Shown here piece after piece: positions 1-14,800 of a DNA stretch of 64,000 bases. Source of the stretch: Eledone cirrhosa. Its lineage: Eukaryota. The stretch spans positions 37,138,001-37,202,000 of the forward strand of contig OZ024743.1 in the NCBI GenBank assembly GCA_964016885.1, in the 5' to 3' direction. Within the stretch, counting starts at the first letter, position 1. Each line of letters opens with the position of its first letter. Both the position numbers and the translations under genes were made by a program. Below the pieces are notes generated by a model that was not told the DNA's origin, ran no database searches, and was given only the letters and a program-made list of their open reading frames with translations.

Positions 1-1514
1 AGCAAAGTTAACCTTGGCAGGATTTGAAATCAGAACGTAAAACGCCGTAACTCTATGCCACGAGGCATAGTGCCTGACGCTCTACTGATACTGCCAATCT
101 ATTGTCGTTATTGATAATAATAATTGTTTCTACTTTTGGCACAAGACCAGCAATTACTCCGTACATTACTGGTACTTTATTTTATCGACCCCGTAAGGAT
201 GAAAGGCAAAGTTAACCTCGACGGGATTTGAACTCAGACTGTAAAGGGACGTAACTATGCTGGAAAGCATGGCGTCCGACTCTCTACGATACTGCCACCG
301 CTCTCAGTACAATAGTATTTATTCATTACGACACGCTAACGAAGGAGCCTTTAAGCGATTGCTCGACCTGTTAGAATTAATAACGAAATCTCCTTCAAAA
401 CGTACCATCTTGAAGTGGTGAAAATACATTGCAAAATTCAATATATAAAAAAAACAACAAATATTGGTGCATTACTAATATGTGGGAAGAACAACGCCAA
501 GTGTCGATACAAACTGAATTTTTGCCAAGAAAGCAGAAACTGTCGAAGAAAGAACTTCGTGTTAACCACAATGTTATAAACTCCAATACAACTGAGAAAT
601 ACGTAAGAGTTATTAATTTTTACTCTACATACAAATATTTTACAACTTTCTTTTTCCTTTACTTTTCAATATAACAGCAGAGTAGTATTGCTGGAAGAGT
701 TGCAAAATGTGTTTCCTACTTCGGCATTAGGCCAAACATCTATACAAGCAGGGTTATGAGACTATGTGACATTCAAAGTGAATTTAATTTGACTTCAACC
801 GGGAATTGTAGACTTGGTTGGCTGGAACATTACAACTTCACAGAAACAGCGGTCAGCATGGTATATCCTTAAAATTATACAAAACAAAATCGTAGCAACG
901 CATAATTTAAGCTATTTATTTAGGAACTGTGTAGAACATGAGTGCCCAAAGTTGTCGATATCGATCCACAGGGGGATCGATGGGACTACCCAGTGAGTCT
1001 ATTGAACTTTGGGGTCAAAATTTTAGATTTTTATAAGAAATGAAAATATATGAAATAATACAATAAAATACAACTTGCTTATAAAGGTTTCTGATCTATA
1101 TGTAATTAGTCTTTATTGTCTATTTTATATACTGTTTACTGATTCTTTTTTTTTTATATGCCTGGGGTCGATAGGGAAGTCCAGGGAGTCCAGGATACCA
1201 TGCAAAGGTCAATAGTCTAAAATATTTGGGGACACTGGTTTAGGTGGTGAGTGGTTGTGGGAAACGGTTGACACCTCTCTCTCTACAGAGAGGGTCTGTA
1301 TATTATGGGTGAGGAATACTTTGCTCGCAGAGTAAATTTCACCAGCATTTAAATGTTCAACTGACGAAATGTTATAAGACAGTTTGAGAAAAGAAAACAT
1401 ATAAGCTTTAATACTATAATCATTTTGGGGACTTCCACGGTTAATTTGAAAACTATAACATTGGTGGAAATTTATAGAGAAACATGAATTACCTAATTTC
1501 TTTTAAAATGATCA

Positions 1515-2145
1515 CTAGTCCTTACCACCCTCCTATATGGCTCAGAGTTGTGGGTCACTTATCGCCACCGTCTTCAACTCCTGGAGCGCTTCCACCAGCG
1601 CTGCCTCCGCATCATCCTCAACATCCACTGGAGAGACTTTGTCACCAATTTTGAAGTCCTTGAACGGGCGAAGGTCACCTGCGACGAGGCCATGCTGCTG
1701 AAGTCCCAACTACGCTGTACAGGGCACGTCTCCAGAGTAAAGTATTGTCGCCTGTCCAGGATCACGCGATACAGCGAACTCTCCACTGGTCATCGTAACA
1801 GTGGGGCACCAAGGAAGCGATACAAGAACTGTTTGAAAAATTCCCTCGGTGCCTGTCACATCGACTATCGCCGATGGTCCACCCTAGCTGAAAACTGTGA
1901 CGCCTGGTGTCACATCAACCATGCTGTCTCCTCCTAAAACACCCGCAGATCCACTCTCAAGGACAAAAGGCACAGGAGGAAGAACCCCAACACTAAGTCA
2001 TCAGACTCTGACCAGAGTTTCAGCTGCAGCTGCTACAGCCGTGCCTGCCTGTCCTGCATTGGCCTAAGCAGCCATGAGCGTGCCTGTATTCAATGTGGAC
2101 CACCCACTTCATAATCCTCGTTTGCGAAGCCGAGCCATGAGGATG
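1515..2145 (+). mobile_element. RTE-clade LINE 3' fragment, decayed
   Basis: TLLYGSELW..LERFHQRCLRIILNIHWRD..SQLRCTGHVSR..G.R..GAPRKRYK; Cys/His remnant near 2020-2080. Confidence 0.85.
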
Positions 2146-4363
2146 CATATTTTAATGGCAAAGACAGAAGAATGGTGAGAAACGGGAGAACATAATTATT
2201 TGAGATCGAATACCAATACAGCCTACTTCAACTTTTATTCTTTACATGGGTCAATAAAATAAGTACCATGGAAATTCTGAATGATCTATTTAATCTACTA
2301 TACTCATTCAGCAATAAACAACAAACATATGTGACCTAATGTAAAAAAAGAAAAGAAAAGAAAATGAAAGACATCAGTTTTTTTAGTATTGTTTAAAAGA
2401 CACTTAGTGTTCTTTGTAACAATGTCAAATAAACTCAGTTTCTCAAAAACTGATATAACATTTCTCTTACTGATATCAATTGAGGAATTACTAAGTTATA
2501 GAACGAGGGTGTGAAGGGGTGAACAAACTATAATGACAACGCTTCAATTAGCGATATCTGCTGGAATAAAATCACCAGTCTGCTCTTTCAATTATTATCT
2601 GTGATCACAACACAAGACCTTCATATATTTTATTCTTTAATTATTTTTTGAAGTGCTGTATGATTTTCCTTTTTTCCCCTTCTTTTTAGGAACCTCTGAA
2701 ATCTTTTTATAACATCCATTCGTTCGTTCTTTTGATGTTTATACAGTAAACAATATGCCTTGCAGCTTACTTCTGAGTTCTCAGTTCATACTTTTATCTT
2801 GGTTCTTTCTTCTATAAACTTTTCATTTCATGTTTTCATTGTTGGAGTCAACGGCCGCCAAGTTTAGTGGAGAGGCAAAAACAATATCTATATCCTTACA
2901 TTCTGAATTCAAGTCCCGCCCAGGTTGAATTTCAACTTTCGTCCATTTTTTGTCAATAAAAATGATCTGTTAAATTATCTGTCAAAAATTATCTGTCAAA
3001 TACTATGGTCAATTGTATTCACTGTATTCCTTCCATACCAAATATGTAACCTTAAGCTTATGTTAAAAATTGCGATCATCCTTATCCGTCAATGAAATAG
3101 CAGAAACAGTAGGGTAACAAATATTACCGGGATTGAATTTCCCTTCCGGTACTGATACAATAGGTATCAGTCAAGTACTAGAATCAATTTAATCGACTAT
3201 GCCACTTCCTCAAATTATGTGATCTTATGTCAGAAAGTTAGAAATAGAGAAAAATGAGAAAGGAAAGTGGTGATGGTGGTTGTGGCAATTCTGATTTTTG
3301 AAAATCCCAGATGATTATATTATTTGCGTATATATATGACTTATGAATAAAACATTTAAAGTGTCATATTGTTAGTTGTTTCTAATTAAACCATGGAATT
3401 TCCACGGGGTCAGTTAGTATTTTTATTCTCCTAATTTCTCAGATAAAAATATGGATTGATTATGAAACTGATACACTTATTTAAATTCTATATAACTATA
3501 TAACTATAAAAGTTATAAAATACTTTCACTTCCATATTTCAAATGAGAAACCTTGTCTATAATGTTTAAACAATATTCCATGAGAATACGGCACGGGGTC
3601 AACTAGTGTATTTGGCTTGCAACGATACGGAGGTTATAACTAGATAGACCCAACCAGGTTAATTTACTCTAGGTGAGTATTACACAGTATATGAATACAA
3701 AGTAAATGAGTGCTGCAACTATAGTCCGATGAGCTATACAATTAGTGTATATCTCCAGAATATAATGTACGTTATAAGAAAGCGAAGTTAAGTAGCTTAT
3801 CAACGCTTCGATGCTTTGTGGGACTAACAGTTTAAGAGAAACTCTGATGATTTGAGTAGACAGGAACAATATAATGTAGGAATTACTTTGCGTGAGCTAT
3901 TTCGTCACGAAATATAAGCTGACGTCAGTCTTTGATTGTAATTATATCAGTTTCAAAAAAAGATTGCATTTGAACAGAAGGGACTTATGCGATCAATATT
4001 TTCAATCAATCATTTAAATATATAAATCAACCAAGAAAGCTCTGTTATCAAAACTAACTCCATACAATGGAAGCTCATTTTTCTACACATATTTGCCAAT
4101 TAAGTTTTAATTTTTGTTTGATATTCCACATAATAGCCTATTTGTATTTTAGCTTTGGATTAAGAATATATTTGAATTTTCGGGTGGGGGCGTTGTTTGA
4201 GAAAGTAGAACTCAGAATGGTATTTAGTCTTAGCATTTAGCTATGTATTTGTATACTTAACTAAATGTTATAACTAAATACCATTCAAGTGTTGTTGTTT
4301 AGCTCTAAGTTGACCTTGCTTGAGCCGGCCTTTGAAAGAGATTTGGTTGCTATTTCATGCAAA

Positions 4364-4505
<142 letters not shown>

Positions 4506-4927
4506 TCTCCATGTTCCCGCTTAAATCGGAAAGGACAATTGAAGGCAAAATATTCGACACATAAAGTGTGCACTGTGTGGAGAGGGGGTACTCATACGGT
4601 TTTTAAGTTCTTTGACATTCTGATTTCAAATCTCCCCAAGGCCATCTTGTTTTCATCCCCTACACAGGGGATAAAACGATTCCAGTAATACGTCATTTCT
4701 CACCGAGGTTGATTTTTGCCTTTCATCCATTCAAGGTTGATGAATAAAATACCAGTCCAAGGCTGGAGAATTGGGGTGGGGACTGTTAAAGTGGCCTACG
4801 GGGACCTTTGCGGTATTTGATCCTGTTCTGTGCATTTTAAGATTAAATCCTGCCTTCTTCTGCCAGACGTTGTGACCGACAAATATATCAGCTATGGGAA
4901 ACATTGTTTCCATGTCCGATCTGACTA

Positions 4928-5127
4928 NNNNNNNNNNNNNNNNNNNNNNNNNNNNNNNNNNNNNNNNNNNNNNNNNNNNNNNNNNNNNNNNNNNNNNNNN
5001 NNNNNNNNNNNNNNNNNNNNNNNNNNNNNNNNNNNNNNNNNNNNNNNNNNNNNNNNNNNNNNNNNNNNNNNNNNNNNNNNNNNNNNNNNNNNNNNNNNNN
5101 NNNNNNNNNNNNNNNNNNNNNNNNNNN
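4928..5127. other. Assembly gap (200 N)
   Basis: Run of N. Confidence 0.99.
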
Positions 5128-7154
<2,027 letters not shown>

Positions 7155-8537
7155 GCGTACAGGTTGGGGTCCACCAGGGCTCTGTTCTTAGCCCTCTCCT
7201 GTTCATCATAGTCCTGCAGGCAATAACGGAGGAGTTTAAGACCGGATGCCCATGGGAACTCCTGTATGCTGATGACCTCGCACTCATAGCTGAATCTATG
7301 GTAGAACTAGAGAATAAATTCCAAACCTGGAAGCAGGGACTAGAGAGAAAGGGCCTCAAAGTCAACATGACAAAGACTAAGGTCCTTATAAGTAGACGAG
7401 AAAACAGAACCCAGATCCCCTCAGGGAAATGGCCTTGCTCAGTATGTAGGAAAGGTGTAGGCAGGAACTCCATTCTTTGCCCCAAATGCAAACAATGGGT
7501 ACACAAGAGATGTAGCGGGATCTCAGGAAGCTTAATTAAGAATGTAGGATTCACATGCAGCAGCTGTGCTGAAACAGCAAGCAAACAGCCACAGGAAACA
7601 AGTACCACCAATCTCTGGGAGGGCCCTGTAGAAACAGTAGACAGCTTCTGCTACCTAGGTGACCGAATTAGCAACGGAGCTGGGTGCTCAGAAAGTACAA
7701 TAACTAGGGTAAGAACGGGATGGAAGAAGTTTAGGGAACTACTACCACTGCTAGCTGCAAAAGGCTTCTCCCTCAGAATGAAAGGCAGACTGTATGATGC
7801 GTGTATCCGAACAGCGATGTTGCATGGTAGTGAGACCTGGGCGCTGAAGGTGGAAGACTTACGTAGATTAGAGAGAAACGAAGCCTGCATGCTCCGATGG
7901 ATGTGTAACAGTAATATACGTGAACGACAAAGCATAAATGAATTGAGAGAGAGACTGAGCATAAGAGGAATCAAATGCTGCGTGCAGGAGAGGCGGTTAC
8001 GCTGGTATGGACATGTGATGCGTATGAAGGATGACAGCTGCATAAAAAGGTGCAGAGCACTAGAAGTTGATGGAAACCGCGGAGTGGGGAGACCCAAGAT
8101 GACTTGGGATGAGGTGATAAAAGCCGACCTTACCCAACTACACCTCTCAAAGTCAATGACACACGACCGTGACTTCTGGCGTCACGCAGTAATACAGGGT
8201 ACCCGACCTCCCATGGGTACATGCTGAAGCATATAAACAATATGCCCCCCCCCCCCCCCCCCCACCGCAAGGTGGTCGTGGAGGTGCCACGGCAAAAAAG
8301 CACCCAGCCCACACTGTAAAGTGGACGTGTAGGCGCCACGAAAAAGCACCCAGCACTCACTGTAAATGAGGTTGGTGTTAGGAAGGGCATCCAGCTGTAG
8401 AAATCAAGCCAGATCAGTTCCTGTATGAGCAAGGCATGGTCAGCCGACCAGACACTGCCCACAACAGGACAACCCGTCTAACCCATGCTAGCGTGGAAGA
8501 ACGGACGTAAAACGGTGATGATGATGATGATGATGAT
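7155..8537 (+). mobile_element. RTE-clade LINE, 5'-truncated, with Cys/His finger inside the RT region and (GAT)n tail
   Basis: GVHQGSVLSPLLF, LLYADD, CSVC..CPKCKQWVHKRC..CSSC, ERRLRWYGHVMR, RGVGRPKMTW; (GAT)n at 8515-8537; TA tracts on both sides. Confidence 0.93.
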
Positions 8538-8640
8538 TATATATATATATTATATATATTATATATATATATTATATATATAATATGATTTATTAATCAT
8601 ATTTTGTTTTCTATTTGCTTTTTTACTTAAAAATGATTAG

Positions 8641-8833
8641 ATTCAGCATCAACATTTGTAATGACCCTGATGGATTGACTGGCCTTCATCTAAACCCTCG
8701 TCCAGACATTGACTCTGTTGTATTGAACCATTATGATGGTGACTGGGGTGTGGAAGACGTGATTGAAAACAACCCATTCCAACCATGGTCCATGTTCAAG
8801 ATGATGATCATTGCTACCTATGATGGCTACAAA
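8641..8833 (+). CDS. Galectin exon, CRD1 core (193 nt)
   Basis: ttag|A TTC AGC...; FSINICNDPDGLTGLHLNPRPDIDSVVLNHYDGDWGVEDV...GYK|gtaatg. Confidence 0.9.
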
Positions 8834-11800
8834 GTAATGTATTATACTTCTGGTGTCTAGAAAATTCTTTAGCGCCATTTTGAAAAAGAAAAGAAAGCGA
8901 AATCTTTATCATAGTATTGCAGACCAGGCTTCAATGTCTACCACACGAAAGAGGGCAAATTGTTCAAGTATCTGTCACTCTCTGATGGGTATGTGGTTGA
9001 ACCTGTATCAGTGGAGACCTCTTGCCTTCTTGGCTCCCCCAAACCACATACCTGCTCACAGCTATTGCAGTAGAGCTGGCTACCTACAGGTGTGAGCCCT
9101 GCAAGGTAGAGTGGCTGTTCCAGCTTGTCTCCCTTGCCCTCCTCTGGGGCAATGTCTTCTCCATCTGTCACTTAAGATATTGAATGTGGTGGCAAGAGAT
9201 GGTGAATTAGTGGTAAATGTGAAGAAGCAGTTATTTTGAACTAATTAGTGAGTCATTACATAGTTTCTCAACTTGTTGGAAATTTCAGACAAATCATACA
9301 TTAATATTTTTAAATAGCAAAGACACCTGACTTTGTGGTTAGGGTATTTACTTTACAACCATAATGTCATGAGTTTGATTCCCAGCAATGTGCTGTGTCC
9401 TTGAATAAGACGCTTCATTTCACATTGATCCAGTCCACACAGTCGTAAAACGTGAGTTGGGCCAACTTTGACACATACTGTTTCACACCCAATCTCCTTG
9501 GGTACATGTGTCTAGGGAGTGCTCAGCTACTCTCTCACACATGCACACACACGCATACACACGTGCGCGCACATACACACGCATACATACACACACTCTT
9601 ATTATTGCTTTAATTTATGATGAAAACCCAGAAATATATTTTATCTTATAGATTTTCCTGGACGACAGATACTTTGCACTGTTTCCTTATCGATGCAGTG
9701 TAGATGACATGAAGTACCTCTATATTCATGGCTGTGTTAGTATTGCTACTATCAATTACCTGCAACCTCTTGTAAGTATTTTCATTTTTTAACAGTTTCA
9801 TCTGTGGAAGATGGAAAAAGTGTATGCTGCATGTGTGAGAAGTGTCGTGGGACCAAGAATTGAGGTGTGAAATGGAGCAGCAAAGAAGGTTTGAAAGAAT
9901 GGAAATGTGAATGGCTCAGTGGATGAGCTGAGTTTCACTCAAAGAGAGGAAGATACATAATAATTGCAGAAGATGATGGAAAATGAGCCAGTGATGAATG
10001 TTGTGAAGAGAAATGAAAACATATGGCTGGGTCATGTGTTGAGGAAGATTGAAAGTGACTGGGTGAAAGGAATAATAGAAATGAATGTGAAAGGAGGTAG
10101 AGAAAAGGAAAGACCTATAAAGACATGGCTAAAGATGATGGAGGAAGAAATGAAAGGCAGGAAGTTGATGAGGGGAGATGTAGAGTATAGGAAAAAATGG
10201 AGAAGCCAAAAATGAAACTTGGTGGGTCAATTTCTTCTTTAGCAGGAAAAATGGGCTGAAAACGCTTGTCGTAGACTAAGAGGTGTAGGGCCCATGATTC
10301 TTTGGAGATTGATGGAAGGAAGGGTGGAAATTATTATCAGACAAGTGCACATGACCTGAATGGTTGCAACAATGTACCCAAGACCCGGGTTGTGGTGTAA
10401 AATGGAGGGACAAATTTCGTTTATTACTCAAAAGCAGGAATTGTCCCTACATTGTGCTTCCATATCATTTTCATGTATCAAATTTCCCTCAAGGCTTTTG
10501 TCAACAAACACAAATCTATGGTAGAAGACATTTGCTGTAGAAGCTGTACAATAATGTTAAATCTGAAACAATGTTGTTGTAAAATACACATCTTCATTAT
10601 ATAGCCATGCCTGCACTCATTTAGGAAGAGTGGAACTTTGTGTGTGTATTTATATGTATGCAAACATGTGTAATGTGTTAGCTTGTGCTATTTGTGTAAG
10701 CATGTGTATGGTGTGTAAAAATGAGAAAACAATATTATAATTGTTAAATATCAATATATGTAGCCAAAAGGAAACCACCTTATGTATAGAAATTCACATA
10801 TTGTTATGTTCAGGTCCAGTGCCTGGCTGTTTAGCACAGGCTAGCTTTACAATATGCACTTCCTTCTACATACTCCAATCTTCCAAACATAATAATTACA
10901 ACTTACAGTTTAGTAACCTGACGAACCTAATTTTTGATACTTTTTGCTTTGACCCTATTAAAAAACTACTAAGCATGCATTTTATACTAAACAATCCACA
11001 CTCATCCATACCAAATCATGCCACATGTCATAACACTTTGGGACCCTCTCAACTGCTTTGGTTATTTTCTCAATATTTATCAGAAAACCTTCCATCATTT
11101 TATGTAAGAACCTTTGTTAGGTTATATTCCTAACAGCAACTTAATAATGAGAAACATTATATTATTAAATCCTTAAAAATTATTTGAAAATTATAGGCAG
11201 CATCTTTCATTAGAAATAATGTAACAGAACGTCTAATTGCAAAATATTTATTTCTACAGCCAATGGACTTCACAAAAGAAATCCCATCTGGATTGCAATA
11301 CAAAGATATCATTAAGGTGAAAGGATACTTTCCCACAGGAGACAGGTAAGGCTTAACTTTTAGATATTTTTCAACAGATACATTTGATATTAGGTATATA
11401 CATATTTAAGGTGCGTTACTAAATTCTTCTATATATCTCACTTCTTTTCATGGAATGAAAATGAAATAAAAATTTATAGCTCACACATATGTACACTAGG
11501 TTTAGCTGGCCTCCTACGTGGTTGTATCTCATAGGAAGTTTCTTGGGTGTTTCAATAATAGGGACCTCAGTCCTATTATAAAATGCAACATAAACTGAAC
11601 CATATTGTTCAAGAACACAATGTGTTGCCTGGTTTAACCCTTTAGCATTTATATTATTCTATATTTACTATTGTATTTTCATGGTAAACAGTTTATCTTA
11701 CATAATTATCTCACATAATATCGAATCTGAGATTTTGATATTATTTATTTCGAGAACATTACCTTAATATAGGTACGAGTGCCCAAATACGACCAGTTTG

Positions 11801-14800
11801 AACAGAAAGAGTTCTGGCTGGATATGGCCAGTTTAAATGCTAAAGGGTTAAAGAATGAACTCGTGACCTTATGAGCATGAGTCCAACATTCTAACCAGTA
11901 AGCCACATCTAAATTTTCAGACTCTCTACTAAATATATTTTATGATTCTTTTTACCAGAAACTGCTGCCATCTAGAATTACTTTTCTCATCCTTCTTTTG
12001 AATAATTATGAAATTATTCAAAGTGGACCTTAAGTGTACCAAAGTTACTCACTTATCCCAATGTTTTAATAGAATAATGAAAAGATAACAAAAATTAATT
12101 AGAAAATATAATTAAAACTTGTGTTCAGATTGTTTGATAAAATATTTTCTTTATTTTTTTATCTATTGTGTAGATTTGCAATTAATCTAAAAAACTATGG
12201 TGAAATCCCTCTCCATCTCAACCCAAGACGAGATCAGGGTGAAATGGTATTAAACTCTTATCTTGATGAAGAATGGGGTGAAGAAGAATGCCATCAATTG
12301 CCTGTTTGTTTACTGGAGGGTTTGCCTTTTGAAATGAAGATCAGAGTGAAAGAAGAAAAATTGAAGGTAAGGTTTTTTGTAGTCACAAACGATTTGCAGA
12401 TAAGACAAAGTAGACATTTCATAACTTTGAGAAAATATTCAGGTAGATAATAATAATATTGAAATTATTGTGTAAAGTGCTCAGGTGCACTACAACTCGT
12501 CAAAGGTGCATGTATAGTACATAGAATAATATACAAATGTCAGGGAAGTGAATAGTGTATGAGTCATGATATACATGTGTGTGTGTTGGCGAATCTCGGG
12601 AAGCATATACTTGTATAAATAAATATTTATACATAAAATTGTGTGCTAAGCATAGGATCAAGTTGTATCTATATATACTTTATAGAGGTAATTCTGACTG
12701 CATAAATGTGTATTGTGTATATAAATTTAAATATTTTTAGTATAAATGCATGTAAATAATCCAAATATATGCATATCCTTGTAAATTAAAAAAAAAAATG
12801 ATAAATAATTTTAATCAATTTTAGTGTGAAGGGTTGAACTAACAATGTGAAGGAAATTGTTTGTCAAACTAATTGTGTGAAGGGACAGTCTGTTAAAGTA
12901 ATAGTGTGTGAAACCAATAATTATAATAATATAATAATAATAATGAAATTATTATGTACAGTGCTCAGGTGCACTACAACTCATCAAAGGTGCATGTATA
13001 GTACATAGAATAATTTTCAAATGTCAGGAAAATGAACAGTGTATGAGTCATGAAATACATGTGTGCGTGTGTATGGAGGAGGAATATCGGGTGCAGTGTT
13101 GGTGAATCTCAGGAAGCATGGAGGTTTTAAAGGTTGCAGTGTCTCGAAGTATCTGAATAAAATGTTTGCTATTAAACATTCATAAATAAATAATTTTTAT
13201 CTCTTTGTAGGTTTATATGAATGAATGTTCTTACACCTCATTCTATGCTCGAAAATGCATTGAAAGCATCTCCAGCATTGAATATAATGGAGAAGTATAT
13301 GTCTACAGTATGCAGCTCCTTAGGCGTGTGGTAAGAACCTCATCTCATTTATTTATGACTCCTCACCTTTTATATAAATAAATTATAATGTATGTAAGAG
13401 TATATTAAAATTTAAAAAAATTTATTCACAGAGGATTATTGATTTGCTAACATGGGTTGTGATGATAAAAAGTTGGGGACTGCTCCTTAGAGGATCTGTA
13501 TGTGCAGATATACATAGATGCATACACACATATATCCACATACATACATGTATGCATCCCCACATGCACACACAAAATTACATGTACACAAACTGTGATT
13601 AATGTTTGAGACTAATGAGTGAAAGTTATTTTAATTTTTAATGTGAATTGGAGTGAAGGTGTTTGGCTTAGTGTTTAGAGTTTGATTCACAATCATGAGT
13701 TTGTGAGTTTGATTCTCAGACCGAGCAATGCATTTTGTCCTTGAGCAAGACACTTTATATTCCACATTGCTCCAATTCATTCAGCTGTAGAAATGTGTTG
13801 TGACTGCACTGGTGCCAGGCTGTATTGGCCTTTACTTTTCCCTTGGACAACATCGGTGGTGTTAGTGGCAACAAGCCTAGTAAGCCTTCTTCTTCTTGCT
13901 ATTGCTTGATGAGGTCAGTGTCATTCTAAGGCTTAGAATCTAAGCCAATGATCCGAGAAGCATCATTGTGGGTCTGGCCTTATCATGGCAAGGGTCTTGT
14001 GTGCTCCATAAATCTGAGAGATCATTTCCATTTGGAATTTTGCTCCTAGTAGGGCCACCCCAGGCAGGCCAGTCTCCTGGAAAGATTCCAGACCAACAGT
14101 GACCCATGGCATGTTGGCTCGCTACCAAGATGGCTGCCCCATTATCTGACTATTTTGCGGAAGGCCAACAACCCATCCAGAAGAACACCAATATGTTATG
14201 AAGCTAACCTAGCAAGCCAGTGATGGAAAATAAACCTGCTAGTAAAAAACAAACAGAAGAATCTCTGAACACTGAGAGTTCAAATCTTACCAAGTTCAAC
14301 TTTGCCTTCATCTTTTCAGGATTGGTGGATTGACAGAATTGTTAAAGAGTCAGCCAGGACACTCTGTGGTATCTGGTCTGACTCTGTCCATTCTGAGTTC
14401 TATTACTACCTACTGTCACTGGAAAGACATGGTAGGACTGGGGGCCCCTATCATAAAAGACTCCCTAGAAACCGCTTATGAAATGCAGTCACATAATAAG
14501 CTGGCTAAACCAGCAAGATCTTAGCTATAACAACAAAAATGACAGCAAATTCAGGGAGCTCAGAATAAGATCAGTCTGAGGCTATTGTAAATAATATTTG
14601 CTCAAGATGCTGGAATCTATAAAGGCAAGGCAAACTTCTTAAAAATTTGGCCATATTGAGTTCATATTTGTTATATATGTTTGAAACTATAATTTGTTTT
14701 TAATGTTTATCAAAGAGAATGGTAGATAATTTCTTCTCTTAACCCTTTAACATTTACATTACTCTACATTTACTATTTTATTTTCACAGTAAAGGCTTTA

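Noticed and set aside
8915-9175. Possible extra galectin exon
   Set aside because: No galectin motif, and the flanking exons join in frame without it. The minus strand looks like a LINE 3' Cys remnant.
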